Shown here in pieces: positions 22,914 to 34,557 of a stretch of 64,000 nt of DNA. A program made the position numbers and the translations under genes. Numbering within the stretch: the first letter of the stretch is position 1; every line of letters starts with the position of its first letter. The notes beneath the pieces are model-generated. The model ran no database searches, had not been told where the DNA came from, and saw only the letters and a program-made list of their open reading frames with translations. The stretch comes from Salisapilia sapeloensis CBS 127946. Its lineage: Eukaryota > Protista > Oomycota. The DNA is taken from contig JAADVB010000075.1 of NCBI GenBank assembly GCA_023334545.1, positions 1 through 64,000 on the forward strand, in the 5' to 3' direction.

Positions 22914-23004
22914 TCTCAAGGATCACAAGAGCTCTTTTACCTCTACTTTTTACCTCGATTGGACTCTTGCACTAGCTAAAACGCTTCGGAACGTTCTTGT
23001 TTTT

Positions 23005-25053
23005 TCACTCGATACGACTCTCTTCCTTGTCTACTTGTTCTCTCTTCCCGACAGCATACCTACGTAGTCGAGGCAGGATACTCGTCATCTTGGCGTCTTG
23101 TACCACCTTTTCCATCGCGACATATACTTCCGATGCATACTTTGGCAACGACCCGCCGTCTTCATGCAACAGCGTAAACGTCTTAACGAGCTCTACGACC
23201 TCACTCTTGGTCTCACAGACCTCGATCAGCTTGAGCATGTGGTCGGAAGAAATCGGGATACCTTCGCACTCCATGTTGTACGCCACTGCGAGGGTGCGTA
23301 GAGGTAGACGAGCGAGGAGCCCGACGTCGATCAGAGCGCTGTACAGTTGTTTATCGAGCCTCGGCACGAGCTGCATGAAGGAGAAGCACACTTCGATGCC
23401 TTCGGAAGTGTACAGCGCCTGCATCGTAGACGTAGCAAACGCATGGTCTGGAGACAAGTCTCTCGCTCGCATCTCTTCCAATACTTTCAATATCCCATGC
23501 ACGTCTCCCGTCGCGCCGTATAGGACAGCGGCAGGAGTGAAGGCTTGGACGTCTAGCTCCAGCTCCGATCTCGACAGCATCGACTGGAAGAGCACTTGCA
23601 TGTCCTCTGTGCTGCGACGATGAGAGCATGCTGCCTGGAGAGACGTGAAGACCTCGAGCGTCGGGGAAACATCAAAGTCTAGAAAGTCATGCAGCAGCGC
23701 CATGAGCTGCGAGATAGACTCATTGCGATGACTGTCGACCATCGCGAGCATCGTCACGGCGTCTGGCTCGACGCCTCGAGACAGCATGTGCTGGAAGAGC
23801 TCTTTCGCTCCTTCTGCATCTCGAGCGTCAGCATAGCAACGTAATGCGTCGTTGAAAACGAGACGAGGGAGGTGCCAGTTGGGAAAACGCTGCTCCGTTA
23901 AAGACAATTCGTCCAGCACGTGCTCCAACATGGTCGTGTCATGCGTCTGGCGACAGTAGGCGATGGCCAGGCCATACCCAGCATCCTTGGCACACCCGTC
24001 GTGGATCATACGACGATAGATCTCCTTCCACTGGCGCCAGTCCTGTAGCTCTCGACAGGCCACGAGAGCACTCACGTACATGTTCTCATCCATCCGAACG
24101 TCTGGTGTCTCATCGCGCAACGACGATAGGTGAGAGTAGACGCGTAGAGCATCTCGTGGGGACTGGCGGGAAAAGTACTGGAGAGCAGACGCGTAGGTAG
24201 AAGTCAGATAGGATGCGTCTGAACGAGAGTGCTTATGCTGCGCACGAGTGGCCCAGTCGAGGAAGAGAGGGAGGATGCTTTGGGCGTACGGAAGCTCGAG
24301 TTTAGCACAAGAACGAAACAAAGATACGAAGGCGAAACTCTCGTGGTGTCGAGTATCAAACGTCGGGTGGTCGTGGAGCTTACGAAAGACTTGGACGACG
24401 CCCTCGTGCTTGTCTTGAGCGTACAGGTGGTACAGCACCGACGAAGCGATCTTTGGTGGGAGCTTGTGCATACCTGTGGACTTGCCTACGTTGCTCAAGT
24501 AGAAATCTAGGAGAAAGGTGGTGGATGGGACGTCGCCGAGCTTGCTACAGCCATTCAGGAGATTGATGAGGATGGACGAAAGGACCTCGGGACCGGCATG
24601 CGCTTTCAATCGGTCGAGCATGCTGTTGAGATAGCGATTCGAACTAGCGCCTCCCTGTCGGACCGTCGTGAACAGCATGTCTGTCCATAACTGGATGCCC
24701 CCACTCGATGGCTCTGACGCGAACAGGTACTCGACGAGCCACTCGGCGTTCTTCCCATCCTTTTGTCGAAATCTATTTTGCAGAGCAATACTCCAAACAC
24801 GTTGGTCTGTCTTTGCCATCACTTCGACCGGATCAGCCTTCTCTAGCTTGCGTAAGACGCTCGAAATGAGCCCCGGGTCTGCTCGTGGTGAGAAAAAGTG
24901 CCGCATTTCGTCATTGGCAAAGCGCATCCGTCGCTTCCCGCCTTTGCGAGGACGGACACTACGACCAGTACTTTCATTTCGAACTAGCAACGCAGTCGTG
25001 TGCGTACTAGTCCGTCGAAGAGGACGCAGAGCAGCGTGGAGTGCGTCCATCAT
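23005..25053 (-). CDS. Pentatricopeptide-repeat (PPR) protein, probably mitochondrial
   Basis: 682-aa ORF with an Arg-rich transit-peptide-like N-terminus and repeats such as FNDALRCYADARDAEGAKELFQHMLSRGVEPDAVT and YVSALVAC..W..WKEIYRRMIHDG. Confidence 0.85.
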   Translation of the reverse strand: MMDALHAALRPLRRTSTHTTALLVRNESTGRSVRPRKGGKRRMRFANDEMRHFFSPRADPGLISSVLRKLEKADPVEVMAKTDQRVWSIALQNRFRQKDGKNAEWLVEYLFASEPSSGGIQLWTDMLFTTVRQGGASSNRYLNSMLDRLKAHAGPEVLSSILINLLNGCSKLGDVPSTTFLLDFYLSNVGKSTGMHKLPPKIASSVLYHLYAQDKHEGVVQVFRKLHDHPTFDTRHHESFAFVSLFRSCAKLELPYAQSILPLFLDWATRAQHKHSRSDASYLTSTYASALQYFSRQSPRDALRVYSHLSSLRDETPDVRMDENMYVSALVACRELQDWRQWKEIYRRMIHDGCAKDAGYGLAIAYCRQTHDTTMLEHVLDELSLTEQRFPNWHLPRLVFNDALRCYADARDAEGAKELFQHMLSRGVEPDAVTMLAMVDSHRNESISQLMALLHDFLDFDVSPTLEVFTSLQAACSHRRSTEDMQVLFQSMLSRSELELDVQAFTPAAVLYGATGDVHGILKVLEEMRARDLSPDHAFATSTMQALYTSEGIEVCFSFMQLVPRLDKQLYSALIDVGLLARLPLRTLAVAYNMECEGIPISSDHMLKLIEVCETKSEVVELVKTFTLLHEDGGSLPKYASEVYVAMEKVVQDAKMTSILPRLRRYAVGKREQVDKEESRIE

Positions 25054-25180
25054 GCTCTGGTGTCGGCCTTGGTATCCTTCACGCGACCTTCCTGGAACCT
25101 TTCGAGAAAGTTGATGGAAGGTCGCGTGAAGGATCGACTTCCAGCATCGACCGGAGGATTAATCAGGAAGAGCTACGACC

Positions 25181-28100
25181 ATGCCACCACTTTCTCTACG
25201 CATCAGGTACAAGGATCTAGTGTATACAATGTAATTATAGAAGATATGAACCCCCTATGTTTGTATTTTGATAGTAAACTACGCAATATTGAGTACAAGC
25301 CTCTACCAGCAGAGCAGAGCTATGATCAATTGCAAGTGACGAGAGAGAAAGTAGAAGGTCAGCTCGTAGCTGCCAATACGCAAAAGTTCGCTTTCCCACA
25401 TCAATCCGACGGTAGGTTTTCATAGTTACATTTCTCAAGTATACTGCAGAAGAGATCGTAACATGGATAGAGAGTAGGTGGAGGAGCTATCCAAGTCAAG
25501 CTTCTACAAGACGTAGGAAAGGAGGCTTCGTTGACGGTATCCATCTCTCCTCCACATCACCCTTCTTGCCTCTCAACTGATATAATTATCGAGACAGCCT
25601 CCTCTAGTCCGAGCTCATCGACAGAAGGTCACAGCCCTCTCGTTCTCTCCCTTTGACGAGCAGCTCCTGGCTTCGGCAAGCGCCGACACGACCGTCAAGG
25701 TACTCCACAGCCTACTCTTACGCCCCTATCCAATATACAAACCAATAAATTACATGTACTGCATGAATTAGCTATGGAAACTTCCGTCGAAAGGTCTGGA
25801 AACCGACGTGACGGACGCGTCTGCTGTCTTTCAACCCCCAGGTTCATCCGTCGGAGGCCTCTCCTTCCACCCGTCTGCAGCTAACGTCCTCGCTGCGTCA
25901 TCATCCACCAGTCTCTTGATATACGATCTCGAGAGCCAACAAGAGTGCTTCTCTCTGTCTAGTCCTAGTCCCATCACCTCCTTTACCTGGAGCTACGACG
26001 GAAGCTCCCTCCTCTCCTCGACATCCGACCGTAGTATTCAACTAGAAGATCCTCGACATGCCGACAAGAGCTCTACTCCGATCGTCTCAGAAGCGCACTC
26101 TGGTCGACTATCCATACGTGTCGTCTGGTGTGGAGATAAAGACCACTTCTTATCCACTGGAAGCGACAAGATGATGCAGGAGAGAGAGATCAAGCTCTGG
26201 GATCCTCGAAACACGTCCAAGCCTCTGCATCGAGAGCGACTGGACAGCAGCATCGGATCTCTCATGCCCATCTTTGACGAAGACCTCGGACTCGTCTACC
26301 TCATCGGCAAAGGCGATCGGAGCATGCGACTCCTGGAAGTCGACTTACAACGATCTCCTGGTCTACACCCACTGCAGCATCTAAACCTCCCACACATGAA
26401 TCTCGCTGCGAATCTACTTGCTAAAGCTACGTGCGACACGAACGCTTGTGAAGTAGGAAAGCTCTTGAGCTTATCTGATCGCCGATGTGACGTCCTGAGC
26501 TTCCGAGTGCCGAGAAGGAATGGTGAGATGGAGTTCCAGAGCGATTTGTATCCAGATACGAGAGATGAGGAAGCTGCGATCACTTGTGAAGAGTGGAAGC
26601 TAGGGGCGAACGCGACACCAAAGAAGAGGAGTGTGCAGCCGACGCCCAGGAAGGAGAGCAGTGGACAGGTCTTTGGAGGCCAAGCGGTGCAGTGGGGAGC
26701 TACTTCAAAGCAAGCGTGGACAAAGCCGGACTGGAAACCGGCCGATGCTAGTGCCAAAGTGCCGAGTCAAAGCAGTGGCGGTAGTGGATGGAACTCCAAG
26801 GCGACGATGTGGAATGCAGCACCGACGACCAAAACACTTCCGAAAGCGTCTGGATGGGGAGCTCCGTCCAACGCTTGGACCTCTAATCTCTCGAAAGAGA
26901 GCCCTAAGGAGCAGGTAGAGGAGACAAAGGAGGAGACAAAGGAAGAGACGAAGGAAGAGGATCCGATCGAAGCGAAAGAAGAGGAAAAGATGGAGCTGTC
27001 GGAGAAGGCACAGCGGCTGGGCTCCAAGTACGGACACAAGCTCAAGTTCCTTCAAGGCAAGGAGAGTACTCGCCACGAAAACTTTTACATTCAGGACAAG
27101 AGTCTGTCTCCTGCAATTTTGGCGTCTCCTGTCATCAAGACGAATGGCGACGTCTGGGCCCTCCCTCTCGCTGGTGCAGGAGGTCCGATACTTGTACAGC
27201 CCTTGTCTAGCACTGGTAAAGCGTCTTCCTCCACTCCCGTGCTCAACGGACACAAGTCTTCTGTGACAGAGCTAGAGTTCAGTCCGTTAGAGCATAGTCT
27301 TCTAGCCAGTGGTTCTCTCGATACAGACATCCATCTCTGGAAACTGTCGGCGGACGGAGTGCAAGGCTCTGAACGTCCGAGTGTGACGCTTGGTGGTCAT
27401 GTCAAGTCCATTCGGAGTCTAGCTTTCCATCCGACGGTGTCCAACCTCCTCGCTTCTTCCTCCCACGACTTATCCATTCGCCTATGGGATGTCTCCACCG
27501 GACAGGAGAAGATGAGTATTCAAGATAAGCTCGAAGACTTTGTCTGGTCCATGGAGTTTAATCCGTTCGATGGACAGCTACTGGCGTCTAGCTCGAAAGA
27601 CAAGATCATTCGAGTGTTCGACGTACGCTCGCAAGAGCATGTCGTCCAGGAGATGGGCTCTGGGCATGACAGTAGCAAGCCACAGTTTGTCAAGTGGGTG
27701 AATGACCACACGCTCCTAAGTGTCGGCGTTAGCAATCGGAACGAGAGACAGATGAGCTTCTGGGATGCTCGGGACCTCGCGAACCCTGTCGCAACGCAGA
27801 CGATTGAAACGACAGCTTCGTCCTCTGTCCTATATCCTCTGTACGACGCTAGCTCGAGCCTCCTCTTCCTCGTAGGCATTGGCGACAGACAAGTGTCTAG
27901 TTTCCAAGTAGATGTGCAGCAGTCGAGAGCAGACGCCAACCTCCCCTTTAGTCTATCAGGACAGCAGTCCATCGCAGGTGGAGCACTCCTCCCGAAACAG
28001 TCGTGTAATGTAAAGGAGGTGGAGCTAGCCAAGATGCTACTGCTGACGCCTGCATGCGTCGAACGTGCCTCCTTCTCCCTCCCTCGTACGCAGCTGCTGA

Positions 28101-28509
28101 AGCAGTACTTCCAGGACGACGTCTATGGACAAGTGAGAAAGGAGGTGGCAGTCGCTACGTATGACGAGTGGATTGACGGTAAAGACGTTCGACCAGCGTA
28201 CGAGTCTCTTGAGCCACAAGGTACCTCTCTCATCTACTCTACGACCACATATGTACTGACGGATATGATGTAGGCATGACACGTCTGTCGGAGCGACCGA
28301 AGGAGGAGGCAGTGGTGCGGCCCAAGACGCTGGACTTTCAGAAACAGATCCAAGAGGAAGAAGAGCGGAAGCGACAGAAGGACGCCGAGATCGCACGACT
28401 GAATGCTCTTGCAGCCCAGCCGACGCTGCACGCGGAGCATCAAAAGGGGTCTGTGAGAAGACAAGGCGGCGCGTACGACTCGGATAGTGACAACGAGTGG
28501 GACGATTAA
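25181..28509 (+). CDS. CORO7: Coronin-7/POD-1 type tandem coronin
   Basis: Spliced start MPPLSLRISKLRNIEY. Two WD40 coronin propellers (REIKLWDPRN, FQSDLYPDT; HKSSVTELEFSP, YFQDDVY) and an acidic C-terminus DSDSDNEWDD. Confidence 0.88.
26918..26960 (+). repeat. 12-bp coding tandem repeat (EETK x3) in the coronin linker
   Basis: GAGGAGACAAAG GAGGAGACAAAG GAAGAGACGAAG GAAGAG. Confidence 0.8.
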
Positions 28510-28558
28510 GTACAATGCAACAGATCTTGTTAATACGAACGTCGTCTTTCCTGACGAC

Positions 28559-31323
28559 CTAGTCTTGCGTCTTCTGAGGTCGGATAAAAGCTTTCCGCAG
28601 ACGATCACATACGTTGGAAAGGTACTTGTCTTCCGTCCGACGCACTTGGAACACTTCATTCCGAACGTCATACTCGGAGAACTATCCATCTCATCAGTAC
28701 TCTTGCTCCTACGAAAGATAAATACATAACAACGTACCGCTCCACTCGTGACATGCACATCGACATGCCCATTCGCAGCATCTAGACCGACAGGAACGCC
28801 GACACTAAACTTTGTGTCTTCCTCCTGTCTACTCTCTCCAGGACAGAAAAAGTGGATGAAGACCTTGGACTTGTCGTCATCAAACCGGAGCGAAAAGCTC
28901 GCAGATAGACTCCGGAGCTCTTTCAGCAGACGGAACGTCTTGTGGACATAGTGCTCCAGATGCACCAGCAGACGCTTGAGATGCTCCTTGTCGCTATGCA
29001 GTCCCTCCAGCGCCCAGATACGAGAAAAGTACGACGGATCCAGCAGCTTATGCGCCACAAGTCGCACGACGTCCGTCCCGACAGCCGACGCCAAGTCCAG
29101 CTCAACGTCTTTCCCCGTGAGCGTAGACGAGACGTCGAGCGAGTACGTTCCTTGCAGATGCTCCGGCTGCGTCTCGTCTGCAAAGTCGATGACTGTAAGC
29201 ACTTTGGACGTAAAGAATGGGTCTTCTCGCGTCGCATTCAGCTTGATCTGATGGGACGTAGCACCCGCGACACGCCAGATCGTGAACTGCTGTAGTAAGC
29301 AGTACATTTCCTCTGCCTCGAGCACCTTTTTCCGTCTCTGCGTCACCTCCTCCTCCGTCGGCGGTTGATTCGCAGACGCCTCGTCTTCCAACGCAGCTAC
29401 CTTGCGCTCTAGCACAGACGCTTGGAGCGACAGACCCGACACGTCCTTTTGCAGCGCCTCGACCGTCGCCGAGAGGTCCTTCCGGATCGCTCGCTGCTCT
29501 TCAATCGCGTCCAAGAGCTGCGCCGTCTGCTGCTCCTTGGCCAAGAGCTCCTTGACGGCCGCCAGCTTTTGCTCTCGACTCGACACGGCGCTCGAGAGTT
29601 TCTGCTGCAGCTGCGTCTTGTCCTGCCGCAGCACGTCGATCTGCTCGTCCAGACTGGACAGGAGCTGCTCTTCCATCTGAATGCGCTGCTCGAGCCACTG
29701 ACTCTTGGCCTTGGCAGCCTCAATCTCACTGAGCTTCTGCAGCTGCTGATGCCGACTGACGTCCAACGCGTCTTTCGTGAACAGAGGAGACACTTGCTCT
29801 GTCAAGAGCTGCGGCGTGACCTTCTCTAGAGACGCAACTGCCTTCTGCAGCTTGGAAGCATGCTCCTGGACGATGTGTCTGCAGGCAACGTTAAGCGCTG
29901 CGACGCGGAGCTGCTGAGCAGACGTCAACGAGATAAAGTCTGCTTTCGACTGAAGGTCGGCAAAGTCGTTCGGGACATACATGGGCTTCGACCTATTCGT
30001 CAGCGTCGCATACGACAAGAGGTCGGACACAGTGAAGCTCGGTCGGACTTCCAGCGCATTCTCGTCTGCAGACACAGTACCCGCAGGCGTCTCTTGCTGC
30101 ACAGCTGCCTCTTGCTCATGCACTGCTGCTGCTAGTAGACCCGAGACGTCACGCGGGAGGTCGACGGTATGGTCCTCTTTATCCACATCCGGGAAGGGCG
30201 TGTCCCCTATTGAAACTCTGTTCAAGGACGACCGGACGCTGTGGTTGGTATGCTCGCCTGTGATGTCCATGTCTTCTCCTTCCGATGCATCCGAAGAGTC
30301 TGCATATGGCTGTCGATTCTGCATCGAAAGAGAGAACGGGAGGCTCGAGGGAGAACGAGACGGACTGGACATGGTCGACCGACGTGTGTCGTAGCTCGTG
30401 CGCCGAGTGGGCTGGAAGGGAGACGCAGACGACGTGCCTGTTGCTCCTAGAGTCGTCCGACGCTGCTTCTTGGCCGGATGGTCTTCTCCGATGAGAGACG
30501 GGAGGCCGTGGATACTGCGTCGACCGGTCGGAGCCGTCGGAGAGGAGAACAAGGCGTCGTGCTTGGCTCTATTCGCTTCCTTATTCTCCTTTTCCTTGTC
30601 TTGCTTCTCTTCTTTCTCACTCGACAAGTGCTCTGGGGACTTGGAGACAGTCGAAGCATGTCGAGACCGAGGGATCTTGGATCGCAGAGGCGTCATGGAC
30701 ACCGAAGGAGAACCAGGGTGGAACTCGGCGTGCTTGGGTGGACCAAAGTTCACGCGTTTACTAGGCGTGTCTGGGTCTTTCGTCGCGAGAGACCTGGAAG
30801 CTAGACAACTACGTAGAGGCTGTGATAAGGAAGGAGGAGATAAGAGAGCGACGGGCATGGAAGACTGTAGATCCGCGTCTGTCGTACGACTCGCTTGCGG
30901 CGGCGTGGAGACACTGTCACTAGATGTGTTCGGTCCCATGGACTGCCGACGCCTCGGAGGCGTCCGCTTCTCCAGAATACTCGTATGCACCTTCCTCTTG
31001 TTCCCGACCTGGCTGTCACTCGACGTACGTACAGTCGTACGCTCTTCCTCTTGCGTACGAGTGACATTGACGACTGTACTCGCTCGGAAGATGGATGGAG
31101 ATAACGTCTCACTTGTCTGACTCTTGGACTGCTGCTGTAGACGCAGGACCATGGACGGAGATAGCGTATCTCCTCTCTCCTGCGACTGGAGCCTCGGCAT
31201 CTGCGACGGCGACAACGTCTCTCCAATCGAGTGTCGCTGTGAGTTAGTCATCTGCGTCAACGTCGAAGGCGACAGCGTCTGGTTCGATAGAGACATACGT
31301 CTCTCCGTAGCAGCTTCCTCCAT
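28559..31323 (-). CDS. KNL1: Outer kinetochore protein KNL1/Spc105-like (1 intron near the 3' end)
   Basis: Disordered N-terminus with SCLA...KRVNFG (SILK/RVxF-like), many RRx[S/T] sites and an MDIT (MELT-like) motif. This is followed by a long coiled coil and an RWD-like alpha/beta C-terminus. The spliced last exon FSEYDVRNEVF...QKTQD ends at 28559. Confidence 0.65.
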
Positions 31324-31452
31324 GTGCGTCTTGGCGCCTTTTTCGTATTCTCCTTCCCGCTCATGCTTTAAACACTTCCTCCTCCTCATTGGCTATAATT
31401 ATATTTTCATCCAATCAAAACACGCATTTCAGTAAACACGCCGAAATCGACT

Positions 31453-33224
31453 ATGGACGCTCGAGGACGTCTACTACAAGCGCTTCTAGGCTGTACCTTG
31501 GTGCTCGTGGCTCTAGCTTCGGATAAGAGATGCTTTCCAAAGGAATTCATGCTTGGAACGGCTACGGCTGCGTGGCAGGTCGAGGGAGGAGTCACAGCGT
31601 ATGGTAAAAGCCAGAGTGTCTGGGATGCTTTCTGTCTAGAGCAGGACATGCAGTGTGCAGACGTCGCAGATGACTTTATTCACAGGTATAAGCAGGACAT
31701 CCGGCTCATGACTGAGATGGGTCTATCCTCCTTCCGCTTCTCCATCTCCTGGCCTCGCGTCATGACGTGGGACGCACACGAGGGCGAGATGGTGGCGAAT
31801 CCCAAAGGCATCGCCTTCTACCACTCGCTTATTAACGCTCTCAAGAAGAACAATATCGAGCCAATCCTCACACTCTACCATTGGGATCTACCTCTCCAAC
31901 TCGAGACTCAACTATCTCCTGGCGGATGGCTCAATCGAGACATGATCCGACACTTTGACACCTACGCAGCTCTTATCTTCCATCAATTCGGTCGTAAGGT
32001 AGACTTCTGGGTGACGTTTAATGAACCCCTAAGCTTTATCGGAGGCGGATATGCCAACGGAGGCTCTCCTCCGAACATCACGGGCTCGGACTCGTCAGCT
32101 TATCAAGCAGCGCACAACGTCCTCTTGGCACACGCAAAGGCTGTCGAGACCTTCCGACGCTTCCAGAGGAAGCACAAGGTCCACCAACACGCGCGCATCT
32201 CCATGGTACTGAACCATGACTATGCCTATCCTTTGGATGCAGCAGACCCGATGGATGTGGCAGCAGCAGATCGTCGTCAAGTCTTCGGACTCGGATGGTT
32301 CCTCCACCCGATCGTACATGGAGACTACCCCCGCCTCATGCGCGATATCGTCGGCAGTCGACTACCGACGTTTTCCGAGGAAGAGCAAAAGATGCTGCAG
32401 GGATCCTACGACCTCCTGACGCTCAACCACTATTCGAGCTACTTGGTCACCGACTGCAGTAGCCACAAGTCCATCATCTCGTGTGACGATCTGAACGTTG
32501 GATGGAGTCGAGATATGGCGATCGACCAAAACCACATGCCGATGGGAGCAAGACGCTCGGCCATGCGTCCAGACGGCAGTTATATCATCCCTACGAGCTA
32601 CTACTACCCTCCAGGCTACCTCGATACCATCCGATACGTCCATCAATACGATCCTTTGGCTCCGATACTCTTGACAGAGAATGGGTACTGTGGGAACGAG
32701 ACGATTGAAAATGAAGATCAGCTGTGGTACTTTCAACAGTACTTGACGCAAGTCCACAAGGCGCTGACGGAAGAACACATCCCCATCATAGGATACACTG
32801 CCTGGAGCTTTTTAGATAATAACGTACCTTTCTCTCCTTCTTTATAGCTCTTTCATACTCACTTGTTCGTCTGTAGGAATGGGGATCGTACGACCCTCGC
32901 TTCGGACTCTTCTATGTCGACACGCCTGCGCAGAATGAAAGCCATGATCTGAGTAGAGTGCCTAGGACGGCAGCCAAGTGGTACTCGCAGGTCGCCAGGT
33001 CTAAGTGTCTAGAAGACTCCCACTCGAGAGCGCTGGCGATACCAAAGTCGCCCAGTCCGTCTGCCATCTACATGTCCACTGCGCTCATCTGTGGCATCGG
33101 ATCGATGCTTGTCGTGGCTTCTGTCGTCCTGGCGTCTTCGTGGAGACAGAGACATATTGCTTTCCGACGGAGTAGGCAGTCCGAGGCCACGCCCCTTCTC
33201 TCGGAGGAGCGTCAGTCAGACTAA
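31453..33224 (+). CDS. Glycoside hydrolase family 1 beta-glucosidase with signal peptide and C-terminal TM helix
   Basis: GTATAAWQVEG, FRFSISWPR, TLYHWDLP, catalytic TFNEP and LTENG, WSFLDNNEWG after splicing, and a TM segment ALICGIGSMLVVASVVLA. Confidence 0.95.
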
Positions 33225-34557
33225 GTAGGCGTTTGAACTTGGCATGACATTAAATGATTGGAATCTTCTCGTTGGTACAGACAAGTACTGCTGGTTGGTA
33301 TTTTACCTAGTCTTATGTGGCAGGATCTTCGTCTGAAAGGTAGAAGGCTGTATGATGGCAAAATCGCTGGTAAAAGATGGCATGCTGTGAGCTACAGCCT
33401 TCACAAGTTCTTTTACTTCGAATCACTTTCAATTCGGAGTTTCAGCCAAAATGCTCAAATGTTCGTCGCTATGCTACTAGAGTTGGAATGAACAACAAAA
33501 CCATGTCTTGGTGATATCTGTTATCACTGTCTTACATGGAAAAAGGCAATATGATATAGAATTAAGAAGTCCGTGTTCGTCGAGCGGATAATCGGGTTTT
33601 ATGCAAGGAATGATTAGCATTGTGTCAACAAACACAGATGAAATATAATTGGAATGAAGGCCTACATCTTTGGTGTCGGCCTATTCTTACGTTGCTATCC
33701 ACCTTTCTATTCCTGTTTATGTAAATCTTCCGCTCTTCCGGCATGTATTGACGGGTAACAGTGTCGAGCGTATCATCGGAAGCCCTTCAGGTTGAAGTGT
33801 CATTCGATTTACTTGCAACATTGAGCTCTTCGCCATTTTATTAGGACATAGTACAGTGTGAGACATATATCGATCAATTATTCCGTCTAGCACTGTACAT
33901 TCCCTGTTCCGAAATAATAGCGAAGAGCTCACTAGCGCAAGTAAAGCGAAGAGCTCACCAAGCCTTTTGCGCGCTTTTTCAAATTTGCACACGTCGAGAC
34001 CCAAGCATGCCTTGAAGTCTTCTCGAAGATGGTTTCCTCTTGGTTGCATCCAAGGCGATAACAGACATAAACCAGGAATATGAATTCGCATCTCCATTGG
34101 CAGTACAGAACACTCACTTATGCATTCGATATAGTGGGAGAAAGATCTATTGAAGTTTTGTGTTAGGTTTCCATAGCATGTAGCTACTCTGAATCGCCAA
34201 TTCTCAGCGAACACATAGCTATCCGATTCGATTGTCAAGAATAGAACTACATAAGGCGAATCGCCAATCATGCTGAGTCGGATGCGGGGTTTGAAGCGCT
34301 TTGAAAGAAGTAGGCAAAGCTTGGACCGTGTTGGCGCTGAATGCCAATCTCGACATCAAAAACGATGAACCTTTTGATCAGACACACCCCACTTTCGCAT
34401 CCGATACCTCTATCCCTCTCCAGCGTACTCGAGTCTGACAACGACCACATCAACTACATGTCCAAGACATATGCAACAACTTCCAACTAGTTTAAATCCT
34501 CCATAAAATACCACCTCCTCGAAACTCGTGCAATACCAAGTACTCGCCTACTTAGTC

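Noticed and set aside
21769-22919. Long antisense ORFs opposite PP2A (and similar ones opposite DDX23, pgl, GPAT and KNL1)
   Set aside because: Expected shadows of high-GC3 coding sequence, with no motifs of their own.
28234-28558. Apparent 276-bp overlap of the KNL1 ORF with coronin-7
   Set aside because: Artefact of intron read-through. A GTACGTTG...GATAG intron leads to a stop at 28559, leaving a 49-bp gap.
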